In this document: positions 45,893 through 55,895 of the stretch, one piece after another
Numbering within the stretch: position 1 is the first letter of the stretch
Layout: each line of letters opens with the position of its first letter
Virus record (IMG/VR): IMGVR_UViG_3300023083_000001
Location: 62,001-126,000 of that record
Length of the DNA stretch: 64,000 nucleotides
Strand: one strand, 5' to 3'
Notes under the pieces: generated by a model
Told to the model about the DNA's origin: nothing
Databases searched by the model: none
What the model saw: the letters and a program-made list of their open reading frames with translations, nothing else
Made by a program: the position numbers and the translations under genes

Positions 45893-45926
45893 CATACAGC
45901 CCCGGCCGTGAAGCCGGGGCTGTATG
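45893..45926. terminator. bidirectional palindromic terminator
   Basis: 14-bp stem CATACAGCCCCGGC/GCCGGGGCTGTATG between convergent genes. Confidence 0.7.
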
Positions 45927-45929
45927 CTG

Positions 45930-46418
45930 TCAAGGTGCTGGTTGAGCAGCGGCATCTTGTTGCTTATCAGACATCATGGTAACAGCTATCCGCAGAAGTT
46001 CAATGACATCTGAAGGTTTGCTGCCGCCACCAAGATTCAACGCCCACATTAACGCTATCACTACAATGGCTACACCGAACATCTTAAACATGAAATTGCG
46101 GTTAGCAGTCAAAGCTGCTGTGTTAGCATCCGCGGGTGACATTATCGGTATCATCGGTGTAGGTTGTGGTGGTGAAGGCGTTGGTTGCGGTACGTACGGC
46201 GATTGGCTAGGACCGATGTGTGACGTGTACACCATCTCTTGCAGTTCAGCTGTCAGAGAGTCGATAGCGCCCTGTACGTCTGATGCTTGTGCGGTGTTCG
46301 GATCCAATTGATTACCCTCAGGCAGGAACCCATTGATCAAACCAATGAGTACGTTCTCCCAAGGGAAACTGACCGCCGGGTTTTTAGCCATCAGGGCAAT
46401 GGCATCCTTTACGTTCAT
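45930..46418 (-). CDS. putative membrane protein
   Basis: Pro-rich linker then TM helix FMFKMFGVAIVVIALMWAL. Confidence 0.65.
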   Translation of the reverse strand: MNVKDAIALMAKNPAVSFPWENVLIGLINGFLPEGNQLDPNTAQASDVQGAIDSLTAELQEMVYTSHIGPSQSPYVPQPTPSPPQPTPMIPIMSPADANTAALTANRNFMFKMFGVAIVVIALMWALNLGGGSKPSDVIELLRIAVTMMSDKQQDAAAQPAP

Positions 46419-46445
46419 AAGAACCCCCGGTGTGCTGTAACAGAT

Positions 46446-47033
46446 TCAAACAAATGCGCGATCAGAGGCATCCAACGCCAGACATCTGGCTACGGCAATC
46501 CCGTCAATTGAGTGCTCGTCCAGCGCTTCCAAATCAACACCCTCCCCAGCGACGATCAAAGGATCGTCTAAGATGAACTGTCGGATGAGATCTTTATCGT
46601 TGCGGTACTTACCCTTTGGACAAACCGACTTCTTTGCTCGACCTGGTGGGATCTTGGCAAATTCAATCGTGGGGTCATACGTGTACACACGACGGTCAAT
46701 CAAGTTCAGGCAAGTCGTCAGGACAGCAAACGATTGAGCATGTAGATGCATGAAAGGTGACTCACACCCCACAATGTGTGGATCGAACTCATCGAGCATC
46801 TCGTAAATGAAATCATCAATAACCAATAGACGTGCAGCCAGATTATCTCGAGCTGCGCGGATACCGGAATGTCGTTCGTAAGCTGTCTTGTCGGCCTGCA
46901 CTGTTCTTGCGTGAATAACAGTGGAAACTCGTGTCATGAGATCGTGGTCGACGATAACGCCACCGACCGTGTTGCTACCGTTGTCAATACCCATGATCCG
47001 GTATTTAAACGCGTCGCCACTGAATTCTATCAT
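46446..47033 (-). CDS. ruvC: RuvC-like Holliday junction resolvase
   Basis: IMGIDNG, IVGCESPF, AKK and EHSIDGIAVA catalytic pattern. Confidence 0.85.
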   Translation of the reverse strand: MIEFSGDAFKYRIMGIDNGSNTVGGVIVDHDLMTRVSTVIHARTVQADKTAYERHSGIRAARDNLAARLLVIDDFIYEMLDEFDPHIVGCESPFMHLHAQSFAVLTTCLNLIDRRVYTYDPTIEFAKIPPGRAKKSVCPKGKYRNDKDLIRQFILDDPLIVAGEGVDLEALDEHSIDGIAVARCLALDASDRAFV

Positions 47034-47074
47034 GATGCGTTACGTCACCCCATCGCTAAGGTGACGTATCCTCC

Positions 47075-47959
47075 TTAAGTCGTAGAACCAATCGTCTCCA
47101 GAGTTGGAATGGAGGCAGTGGCCAACATCGGAACCTGGTTACCGATGTCAAAGTCCAGAGTCAGTTCCTGGCTGTTGTAATACAACGCTTTGTGATCGGC
47201 GGCGAAGCTGTAGATCTGGGTACCAATCGCTTCGATGAAGTTGATCGTACCCGCGGTGCTTTGAACCGATACTTGGCGGTCAGCCGCTGTGCAGAGACCG
47301 AACTCGGACATGATCGCGTAACGCTCATCGCCGCCGTAGATGATCTTGGCGCAGTTGACGTATTCTTCAATATCGTTCTCACTGAGAACAACGTTGATGA
47401 TCGCCGAGGCAGCCAGTCTCACATCAGTGGTGGTGATCGCACCGGTGTCCGGCAGTTCAATCGCTTCAGGGAACAGATCCGAGGTCGCCGGGATGAATGG
47501 TGTCTCGATGACGGTCCCGTCTTCACGGGTGATCTTCTTCATGTTCACCGGCGCTTGGTCCGGGGAGATGTTCAGACGCAGACCGTAGTAAGCGTAGTAG
47601 TTCTGGCCGCCATGCATTTCTTCTTTGCGCAGGGCGTACTTGTTACGTGAGGCCAACGGGATGTCGTCGTTGACTGCACGCATACAGAACGGCATTGGGT
47701 GGTATTCAGCCGCATGGTTAGCGGTGTGGTCGATGATCGATGTCAGTGCGATGCCGTCTTGACCTGGCTTGTAGCGGTGACCACGGTTACCGACTGTCAA
47801 GATCTGAAGCTTGACTTGCTCACCTACCGCAGGCCGGGCGTTACCCAGGATGTCCAGACGTTCGTTCATCGTGGACTTTGCGCTGATGATCGGGTTGTGA
47901 CCGAGGAGAAGGTGAATCAACAGCTTGGCGCCGTAGATGGTTGCTTGTACGGTATTCAT
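47075..47959 (-). CDS. conserved virion structural protein (putative baseplate)
   Basis: phiKZ-like motifs T.NE...I, IGN.GH-like, YYAYY, SE.G.C; lies in the structural operon. Confidence 0.6.
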   Translation of the reverse strand: MNTVQATIYGAKLLIHLLLGHNPIISAKSTMNERLDILGNARPAVGEQVKLQILTVGNRGHRYKPGQDGIALTSIIDHTANHAAEYHPMPFCMRAVNDDIPLASRNKYALRKEEMHGGQNYYAYYGLRLNISPDQAPVNMKKITREDGTVIETPFIPATSDLFPEAIELPDTGAITTTDVRLAASAIINVVLSENDIEEYVNCAKIIYGGDERYAIMSEFGLCTAADRQVSVQSTAGTINFIEAIGTQIYSFAADHKALYYNSQELTLDFDIGNQVPMLATASIPTLETIGSTT

Positions 47960-47968
47960 CTTGAATCC

Positions 47969-49009
47969 TTAATTGGTGAATATGGCCGGAACCGAAGAGT
48001 GGTCATACGCAAGGTTGCCAGGTGTTTTACTGTCAGAGTACCGGTAAGCAATCTTGACGATGCCAGAAAGGTTCAGGCACTTCCTTCCTAACGCCACAAC
48101 CATGACGAAGTTGAAAGCAGGATCTTCTACAGTATAATCCTTGCTAACAAATCCGTTATACAGCACTTGCGAGCCGTACAGGTTAAATGCCCGGTCGTTT
48201 ACTTCAACACTGACCCAAGGGTCACCTGTCAACTTCCTCAACAGAGGAGCGACAACGTTGCTCTCAAACAGATACTGCCCTTCCGGTATGCCGTACAGTT
48301 GAGATTCGTACATACGACGCTCAGTGAGGATCATCTGCACATCGTCCAACTTGAACTCACCTGCTGGTACGTATAGATCAATAGGCGGACGATTGAAGTT
48401 ACCGTCACTGTAGAACTGCCGCAGATCCATCAACGAATCGATCGTCGTTCCCAACAACTCCAGGGAGCGTCGGGTCAGGATCTCGATCTCACCAAAGAAG
48501 ATCAGGTGTGCAGGCTTAAAGGTCATCCGGTAGTTCTGGTTGTCCAGATACGGAGGTTCAATAGGCTCTACATTGATCACTGGACCATTAGCTGGATCAA
48601 AACCCGGCAGGTCCATGTTCAGCGGTGCGTCGCTGATGTCAGTGGTGATGAGCGTCAGATCGACCAGCTCAGGTTCGATGAACAAACCGTACTGTTCAAA
48701 TAACGCTGCGATCACACTGGCAGGAGTGGCTTGCTTTACATGCACAACCAAAGGCTGACCATGCATTGTTAGCTTAAGGTCCACCCGGTTGTAAGTCAAG
48801 GTCCGCTTACTGGTATCCCAGCCCGTATTCGCCGCCGCACTGACCTGAACTTGACTCAAGCCAGTTTCATTAATCAGTACAGGAGTATCGAACACCAACT
48901 GCTCAGGTTTCAGGAGGCGGTTGTTGATTCGATTGATGTAGTCGACCAGCAAAGCTTTTGACTTCTTGTCGAATCTAGAAATCGGTGGATTTGGACTTTG
49001 CTGCATCAC
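47969..49009 (-). CDS. adaptor-family virion structural protein
   Basis: LVDYIN..N, YNRVDL and a C-terminal G.......Y domain like the tail adaptors. Confidence 0.65.
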   Translation of the reverse strand: MMQQSPNPPISRFDKKSKALLVDYINRINNRLLKPEQLVFDTPVLINETGLSQVQVSAAANTGWDTSKRTLTYNRVDLKLTMHGQPLVVHVKQATPASVIAALFEQYGLFIEPELVDLTLITTDISDAPLNMDLPGFDPANGPVINVEPIEPPYLDNQNYRMTFKPAHLIFFGEIEILTRRSLELLGTTIDSLMDLRQFYSDGNFNRPPIDLYVPAGEFKLDDVQMILTERRMYESQLYGIPEGQYLFESNVVAPLLRKLTGDPWVSVEVNDRAFNLYGSQVLYNGFVSKDYTVEDPAFNFVMVVALGRKCLNLSGIVKIAYRYSDSKTPGNLAYDHSSVPAIFTN

Positions 49010-49602
49010 GCATCCCTCTGCCTGATAGGCGCATAGGTCAGGCCGTTCAGCTCTGGTTTGGCAAGCACCGCAGGAAGCGGGTACTCCTCAAACACAGGCG
49101 GATAAAAGCCATTAAGAATGTTGTTAGAAAATGCATCAGCCAGTTGTAGTGAAACACCCGGCTCATTGAGCATTACTGTCGTCTGTCCGACCCACCTCAA
49201 CGAATTTGGTTTAGCCTTGAGTACGAAGCTGTTAGATTCAACCAGCCCGTTCTCGAAGTCATCTTCCGTAAACGCTAACCCTGAAGCTGCTGCCATGTTG
49301 GTCAACACCCCCAGAATTGTAATCGGAGGTGTGATGTCCAAAGACATGCCAGCAAAGATCTCACTGACAGATATCCGGTTGTACCGGTAAGTCATCTGTC
49401 CGGTATAAGAGCTGTAGATAACTTCATCTATCGTATCGCGGGTTTTGATGACCACATCGGTCAGCGTTTCTGATCCAGCAACTACCACCGGATCACCTAC
49501 CGTCGTAAACTCCGGCCGTAGGGTAATATTGAAGTGGTTATTGGCCATGATCAGTAATGCCACGGCGGGATCGTATTTCAATAACCGTAGCGTTTCAGAC
49601 AT
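49006..49602 (-). CDS. adaptor-family virion structural protein
   Basis: YRYNRI, SLRWVG; two terminal LNG(F/L) motifs. Confidence 0.65.
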   Translation of the reverse strand: MSETLRLLKYDPAVALLIMANNHFNITLRPEFTTVGDPVVVAGSETLTDVVIKTRDTIDEVIYSSYTGQMTYRYNRISVSEIFAGMSLDITPPITILGVLTNMAAASGLAFTEDDFENGLVESNSFVLKAKPNSLRWVGQTTVMLNEPGVSLQLADAFSNNILNGFYPPVFEEYPLPAVLAKPELNGLTYAPIRQRDA

Positions 49603-49613
49603 GGTTTTATCCG

Positions 49614-50570
49614 TTATGTTGTTCTGCTGTACTTAACAAGGACTGTCCCGACATAAGCTAGTGATGCAGGATCGAAATTCACTGCAAGCTTAGTGGTGGT
49701 GCCTTTGTCCATCTGAGGAAAAGGCTCAGACAGAATGTCAGCAGCGGTGATTGTGCATCCCATTTGGGCCGACAACGCCGTAGCCAGTTGCGCCGTGTTG
49801 TTCAGTTGAGCACCTTGCAACTTCACAGGGAACCTGAACGTGTGATCGAACCCACGACGCTGGTAGTAAACATCCAGAGTACCCGTATAAGGAACACCCA
49901 GGAAGTTCAGCGTAAGCTTGGTGTTATCGCCCGCAGCAATCGGTCCGTTCGCCACCGGTGAACCCAGAGCGAACATGGCTGCCGTCAATTCCTGTGGAAG
50001 CGAACTTGGGTTATTCAAATTGATAAATGTCACCAACCTGCCCTTGACGTTATTACTGAAGAAGGAGATGTCAAACGGAATAGTGAACCGGTCCGCAATG
50101 ATGCAAGTTGTGATGTCAATACCCAGTACATCGAGCAAGCAAGGGATCTCGCCTAACCAACGGTAAGACTCTTCGGATGCAATCAGACTCACATCCCCTA
50201 ACGCTGTGAACTCGGCTGCAACAACATCGTTCTTATCCACAGGAATCTGATACGGCGCCAGAAGAGCACGGAGTACATCATCCGCGTGGATAGGTACGCC
50301 GGTCTTTACTCGACGTGAGATACCTGCCGTGAAGGTGTCGAGTCTGATCCGGTTGTACTGAAACGTGAAACTGTCAGACATCCCCCACAACTCAACAGGG
50401 GTCTTGCTTTTATCGATCGAGATCACCACAGACGTCAACGTACCGCTGACAGCTTTGGGTTTCTCGATCTTCAGATAGCTGGCCTTGAGGGGAGGCTTTA
50501 ACACCTCCCCTATTTGTGCTCTTAATGCATCCACTGGATGCATCCTCAAGAGCGTTTCTGGTGCGATCAT
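49614..50570 (-). CDS. adaptor-family virion structural protein with duplicated domain
   Basis: F.YNRI...SYRWLG followed by a second YYQRR...SLAYVG unit. Confidence 0.6.
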   Translation of the reverse strand: MIAPETLLRMHPVDALRAQIGEVLKPPLKASYLKIEKPKAVSGTLTSVVISIDKSKTPVELWGMSDSFTFQYNRIRLDTFTAGISRRVKTGVPIHADDVLRALLAPYQIPVDKNDVVAAEFTALGDVSLIASEESYRWLGEIPCLLDVLGIDITTCIIADRFTIPFDISFFSNNVKGRLVTFINLNNPSSLPQELTAAMFALGSPVANGPIAAGDNTKLTLNFLGVPYTGTLDVYYQRRGFDHTFRFPVKLQGAQLNNTAQLATALSAQMGCTITAADILSEPFPQMDKGTTTKLAVNFDPASLAYVGTVLVKYSRTT

Positions 50571-50579
50571 GACGTGTCC

Positions 50580-52805
50580 TCAAATAGACAACATGTTACT
50601 TCGTCTAGCCGGAGTCAGTGCTTCATACCCGGTGAGGGTCGTGGCAGTGATGTAGTCAGAGAGGCTATCGGTATCGATGGACTCGTAGCCCGCAATGCCG
50701 GCTTGGCGTAACGAGGCTAGATTCACAACGATTGGACGTTTGAGTATGATGCCTGGGACTTGGACTTCGATCGGATGAGGGGTTGTGCCCGTTCCGATGA
50801 GCTTGATACCCACATCGACTGGGATCTTCTGCCGAATGGATTCCTCATGGATCTCCATGTCAACCTTAACAACCGGTACATCGAGGTCCGTTCCTACCTT
50901 CTCGTACGCATCAATGTCCAGAATTTCTGGACCTGGTGTTTCGATTGGGATCAGTTGTTCGGTCAGCTCTTTAGGGATTGTAAGCTTGGGGAACTTACCG
51001 TCGATAATCTTGATGGGGCTGTCGTTGATCTGAGCGATGTACTGCACAGTGTAAGAGGACAACGCACTCATGATCCGAAGCATGGCTGCATGGATGTCGC
51101 GCAGTCTGCTGGTGTTACCCAAATCCCCGCCAGTAGCCGACTTGAAGATCTCAGTGGCAATTAACTCGTATTCCAACCGACCCATGGTGCGAGTGTCAAT
51201 ACCCTGGTCTGCGAGCCACAGGTCGTAGTCCTGCTCTTTCGCCAGGTCAATCTTGATGTCCATGTAGCAACGATCAATGATTGTGTGCAGTTGGCCTTCA
51301 GCGACGTAGTCGCCATTGAAGTGACGCATCTCGCGATGGCTCAACATCACCTTCTGAACCTGGACGCACATCTCACGGAACGCTTCGATGCTGACGTACG
51401 AACTGATGTCTACCTGAGTCTCCAGAATATAGTCAATGTAGTACTCCGGCACTTTCTTTCTATCTGTTGCATCCATCAGTTCCTTTTTGGTAGGAAGTGG
51501 GATACGACGCACACGGTTAGCACTCAGGACGGGGACTTGTACCAGCTCCACGTCAATAGCTTTGTTGTAAGCGTAAAGATAGAAGATGAAAGCGTTCTTG
51601 ACCGACAGCTTATACACGTCACCGTTAGCCGGGTTCGTGAAGGTCACCACTGACTTGTATCGATCAAAGTGCGACAGGTAGATCCAATGGTTAAGCAATA
51701 CTTCGGTCAGCGTAAACGGTTCGGAGTCAGTACGGTCGACCACGTTCGATTCCAGCACCTTGGTCTTAAGGTCTGTGAACAGAGAGTGTTGGACTTTGTA
51801 GTTCGTCTCGGTTTCGGTATCGTCACGTACGACAGGGTTATCCCTGGCGAGTGGCAATTCCATGTCCAGGACTTCACCGACCGTTTTTTTGTCGCTACCT
51901 TGAGCCGGTGGGATTCCGTTGAGCGTATCACGGTCCAATTGCACCGTAGGCACCAGGTTCTTTGACAGGTCTGTGTAATCGTGACCAATCCTGTAACCTG
52001 CTAACCCGAAACCACGATCCGTCAAGACCTTCTGGGTCAAGGTGTCGAACGTTTCGGTCCGACCGATGTTACGGTTGAGGTAGAGGATGTTGCGATAGAA
52101 GAACAGCTTTTGTTTCTTGGTCATCAGATCAAACTCAGCGCCAATCGAGCTAAAGCTTGAGAGATACTGTCTGATGTGATAACTGTGCGCTTGGTCGGTC
52201 TTACAGGCCGCCTTACGGATCAGTATGATCTCCATGGGGATCTTGCTGTACAAGACGCCCAGAAGACCAGGGTAGTAGTAGGGTTCGAACAACCGGTAGT
52301 CGGGGTTTTCCCAACGGTTGATGAAGAGCGAGATGAATTGCTGAAGAGCCGGGATCAGTTGTTGCTCGTTCGGCTCGACCAATGACTTGTCGTAAGACAG
52401 GATATTATGGTCACTTGCTGATATTGCAAGCTCGATGTCAATCGGGTTTATGATGCCGTCAATCAACATCCCTTGATCGGGGTAAGCTGCCCGCAGATCT
52501 TTGTAATACCGAGTCCCGTACGTGTACTCCTTTCGAGTCGCACGGTGGATCAGTAAGTTCTCTTGAGTAAAGTCGATGGTTTCCAACGTGTCAAGAGAAG
52601 TTACTTGCATCTTCTGTTGGCTGGGGTGGTAGGTGCCTGACAGGTTCAGGTAATACTTCCAGCTGTATGGATCGTCCACATCCACCGCGTAACCGTACGC
52701 GATCAACTTATCGTTCATGGACTTGGCTGTATAACTACTTTTAATCACGAGTGTCGCAGCAAGCTTGATGATACTCTTGATATAAAGCCTGTAATAGGCA
52801 TTCAT
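50580..52805 (-). CDS. virion structural/baseplate protein (phiKZ gp128-like)
   Basis: Start MNAYYRLY (52805); WKYYLNLSG.YH motif; divergent from the portal as in phiKZ. Confidence 0.7.
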   Translation of the reverse strand: MNAYYRLYIKSIIKLAATLVIKSSYTAKSMNDKLIAYGYAVDVDDPYSWKYYLNLSGTYHPSQQKMQVTSLDTLETIDFTQENLLIHRATRKEYTYGTRYYKDLRAAYPDQGMLIDGIINPIDIELAISASDHNILSYDKSLVEPNEQQLIPALQQFISLFINRWENPDYRLFEPYYYPGLLGVLYSKIPMEIILIRKAACKTDQAHSYHIRQYLSSFSSIGAEFDLMTKKQKLFFYRNILYLNRNIGRTETFDTLTQKVLTDRGFGLAGYRIGHDYTDLSKNLVPTVQLDRDTLNGIPPAQGSDKKTVGEVLDMELPLARDNPVVRDDTETETNYKVQHSLFTDLKTKVLESNVVDRTDSEPFTLTEVLLNHWIYLSHFDRYKSVVTFTNPANGDVYKLSVKNAFIFYLYAYNKAIDVELVQVPVLSANRVRRIPLPTKKELMDATDRKKVPEYYIDYILETQVDISSYVSIEAFREMCVQVQKVMLSHREMRHFNGDYVAEGQLHTIIDRCYMDIKIDLAKEQDYDLWLADQGIDTRTMGRLEYELIATEIFKSATGGDLGNTSRLRDIHAAMLRIMSALSSYTVQYIAQINDSPIKIIDGKFPKLTIPKELTEQLIPIETPGPEILDIDAYEKVGTDLDVPVVKVDMEIHEESIRQKIPVDVGIKLIGTGTTPHPIEVQVPGIILKRPIVVNLASLRQAGIAGYESIDTDSLSDYITATTLTGYEALTPARRSNMLSI

Positions 52806-52839
52806 GACTAAAACCCCGATCTTAGTAGGAGAGGAGTAG

Positions 52840-55587
52840 ATGGATAACACCAACGAGCGCGGCGCCAGTAAGGTGCGGCAGTTCAGAGATATCAGTGAAG
52901 AAGATCAACGGTTACTCGACCGTCTGGTAGTCGACCGACAAGCACCGAAGTCATCGAAGAAACACGTTGACATTACCGTACTCAACAACGTCTTTAAACG
53001 GACGCTGCGCAACGCCTCAGATATCCGCAACATCTTTACGGTGATGCCGGATCTGAACCTGCCTCGTGAAATGTTGGTGAGTGCCATCTGCGCCCCAGGT
53101 GACTTAGCCACCACGACGTTGATTATGTCTAACGGCCTGGGTGGTGGTTCCAACCCTTTGACCGCTGCCATTATCGATGCGCTGGAACAGTTCCACATTA
53201 AGGAACAGGGACTGCCAGCAAAGATTCCTGGTTGGATCGATGACGCCAAGATCATGACTGGCGCACACCCTATCATGATCATCCCCGAAGCATCGATTGA
53301 CAAGATGATCCACGGTGGTGTCGAGGGTGCGTCGCTTGAGTCCATCTCCAATTACGGTGGGGAATACCAAAACGACTGGTTCGTTCCTAAAGGCCTGTTG
53401 GGACTTCAAGTACCCACCGCTGAGAAGCAGGATTACATCAGTCTGGAATCGGCATTTAGCCGGGTTAACCACGCTAAGATGGCTGAATATCATACCATCA
53501 AGGCAGCGCCGCAAGGTGCGAAGAAAACTGAAATCAAGTTACCTATCATGGTGACTGACAACATGGCCTCTTTACGTAAACCTGCTGTACAGCAGATCAA
53601 ACGTGCAGGTGCCATGGAACGAGCCTACGGTACGCCGTCGCTTGAGTCACGCCGTCGTGAGCGCTTGAGTAAACAGAAAGACGAAAACAAGGTCACTAAC
53701 GCCGAGATCTACTCACGTTTCTTCAAACCCCCTCAGGGTGCCAAGAAGAGTCGTCTGGAAGTAGTCCCTACGCTCAAGCAAGCGGGCGGTAAGACCTTTG
53801 GTCATCCATTGGTATATCACCTCCCTATTGAGTCGGTGATGCCTGTCTGCGTTCCTGGCGATGAAACCAACCACGTCGGCTACATTGTGATCCTGGACCA
53901 GAACGGTTACCCAGTATCATACTCCCGTAGATTGGATTATTACGAGGACTTGCGTCGTGGCGGTATGGGTGATGCAAGTGCGGTAGCGGGTGAGTTGATC
54001 CAGATGTCGAAGGAAACCCTGCAAGGGGGTATCGGCATGGCGAACGACATGCAACTGGACCGTCTGGCTCAACTGCATGGCGACATCATCGATGCTGACC
54101 TGATTGCTCGACTGAAGTCTGGTTTGATGAGCGGTGACTTTGAACTCAGCCGCAGTGAGCACGTCAACCGTCTGTTGTTCTCTCGGACCATGAAGAACCA
54201 AATGACTACCCTGCTGTACGTTCCAGCAGAGCTGTTGGTCTACTTTGCGTTCGACTACAACGAGTTTGGTATCGGTAAGTCGATCCTGGAAGACGCCAAG
54301 GCGCTTGCAGCTATGCGAGCGGCATTGAACATCGCTAACGTGGTGGGTAGTGCCAAAGCTGCTATTCCTGGTAAGAACATCAACATCAAGCTTGATCCAG
54401 ATGATGGCGATCCTGTCGGTACTGCAACGTTCCTGGCTAATGAAGCAATGGCCTTGAACTATCAGGAATTCCCAATGTCGGTGTCTACACCGCAGGGGAT
54501 GGCTGAGAAAATGCAGATGACTGGCTTCTCGATGAACGTGACGGGTAACCCTCGTTACCCTGAAGTCGAAACCAGTGTGACTGAGCGTGAAAGTACGTTC
54601 CGTCCTGTGGCTCAAGAGTTGTTGAGTCAACTGCGCGATGACATGACTCGGGTGTTCAGCCTGACGCCTGAGATGATCGATGGAGCTAACCAACCCGACT
54701 TCGCCACTACCGTGGTGCAGAACAGTTTAATGCTCCTCAAACGCGTCATGGTCGACCAGGGGATCGCTAACCCGCAGATCGCAGACTACGTTCGAATCTT
54801 TACGATGAACTCAGGTATCTTGATCGATAACCTGATGGACATCATCGAAGGTAACAAGAAACATCTGCCTAAAGAATACGCTGAGGATCCAGAAGGTTAT
54901 CTTGAAGAGTTCCTGAATGCCTTGCAGGTTAATCTGCCAGCGCCAGAAAACGAATCGATGACCAAACAGATTGCTCAGATCAAGGAGTACTCTGATTTCC
55001 TTGATACGATCATTCCTCAGGCTTATCTGCGTGATGAGTTCCTGGATGGTTACTCGACTGAAATGCAACGTGAAGCGATGCCTACCCTGATTGCCATGTG
55101 GAAAGGCGTAGAGTTGCGTCGTTACATGCGTGATCGCGGCATGTTCCGTCAGTTGGATATCTTCGGTAACAATGAAGATGGTTCTCCAATCATGGACATG
55201 ATGAAAGAAGCTCAAGGGTTTGTCGAGTCGATGCGTAACGCATTCGGCGATTATTCCAAACTGGCTTCCAAAGATGCGTTGGAAAGGAAATCTGAAAATG
55301 AAAGGTTGCGTGTACTTGATGAGAAAGCGAAAGCTTCTCTCACCTCACCTCCTCCTGAAGAAACTCCTGAAGGTGGCGCACCCACTGGCGAGTCTAATGA
55401 GTTAGGTGACGACACTAACGATTTAGGTGATGGTGGTGAAATCCCAGCAGCGCCTGAAGAGGGTGGGGAAGCTGTCGCTGAAACACCTGCTGAAGATACT
55501 CCTGCTGTGGAACCGGAAACCGATTCTGATGCGTCGTCTACTACAGACAACGTTGAAGACGATCTGGATATCCCTCCAGCACCGTAA
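52840..55587 (+). CDS. portal protein (phiKZ gp129-like)
   Basis: 915 aa; LP.ES..P...PG....H.GY and Y.AF.Y...G.G.S motifs; SLES sites; acidic C-terminal tail; synteny. Confidence 0.75.
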   Translation: MDNTNERGASKVRQFRDISEEDQRLLDRLVVDRQAPKSSKKHVDITVLNNVFKRTLRNASDIRNIFTVMPDLNLPREMLVSAICAPGDLATTTLIMSNGLGGGSNPLTAAIIDALEQFHIKEQGLPAKIPGWIDDAKIMTGAHPIMIIPEASIDKMIHGGVEGASLESISNYGGEYQNDWFVPKGLLGLQVPTAEKQDYISLESAFSRVNHAKMAEYHTIKAAPQGAKKTEIKLPIMVTDNMASLRKPAVQQIKRAGAMERAYGTPSLESRRRERLSKQKDENKVTNAEIYSRFFKPPQGAKKSRLEVVPTLKQAGGKTFGHPLVYHLPIESVMPVCVPGDETNHVGYIVILDQNGYPVSYSRRLDYYEDLRRGGMGDASAVAGELIQMSKETLQGGIGMANDMQLDRLAQLHGDIIDADLIARLKSGLMSGDFELSRSEHVNRLLFSRTMKNQMTTLLYVPAELLVYFAFDYNEFGIGKSILEDAKALAAMRAALNIANVVGSAKAAIPGKNINIKLDPDDGDPVGTATFLANEAMALNYQEFPMSVSTPQGMAEKMQMTGFSMNVTGNPRYPEVETSVTERESTFRPVAQELLSQLRDDMTRVFSLTPEMIDGANQPDFATTVVQNSLMLLKRVMVDQGIANPQIADYVRIFTMNSGILIDNLMDIIEGNKKHLPKEYAEDPEGYLEEFLNALQVNLPAPENESMTKQIAQIKEYSDFLDTIIPQAYLRDEFLDGYSTEMQREAMPTLIAMWKGVELRRYMRDRGMFRQLDIFGNNEDGSPIMDMMKEAQGFVESMRNAFGDYSKLASKDALERKSENERLRVLDEKAKASLTSPPPEETPEGGAPTGESNELGDDTNDLGDGGEIPAAPEEGGEAVAETPAEDTPAVEPETDSDASSTTDNVEDDLDIPPAP

Positions 55588-55595
55588 TAGAAATA

Positions 55596-55632
55596 GGTTG
55601 GGTAGACCTTCGGGTCTGCCTGACTTTATTTT
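55596..55632 (+). terminator. intrinsic terminator
   Basis: GGTAGACC-ttcg-GGTCTGCC, then TTTATTTT. Confidence 0.65.
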
Positions 55633-55685
55633 GTTAACGTATCGTGTAATCTTTTGTAGAAGCTTTCTTCCTTATTCGGAGGAGA

Positions 55686-55737
55686 CGTAGCAAAGCGAAG
55701 GCGACGATACACAACTGAGCGAGCGTAGCAAAGCGAA
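55686..55737. repeat. 14-bp direct repeat CGTAGCAAAGCGAA (x2)
   Basis: Copies at 55686-55699 and 55724-55737. Confidence 0.8.
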
Positions 55738-55790
55738 CATCTCTAGTGCTTTTAGGGGGAGAGGGTTTTTATGCTGCATATTGAAAATTA

Positions 55791-55808
55791 TTACAACCCT
55801 ACATTACA
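55791..55808 (+). promoter_or_regulatory. putative early promoter motif (variant)
   Basis: TTACAACCCTACATTACA. Confidence 0.35.
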
Positions 55809-55895
55809 AAAGTGACTGTACGTACTGGTCTCTACGGACCAGTACTAATAAACATAGCTAGCTGTAAAACCTACCTATAAAGGAAATGATCAGCC

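Noticed and set aside
45930-46418. Holin call
   Set aside because: A single TM helix and no linkage to lysis genes is insufficient support.
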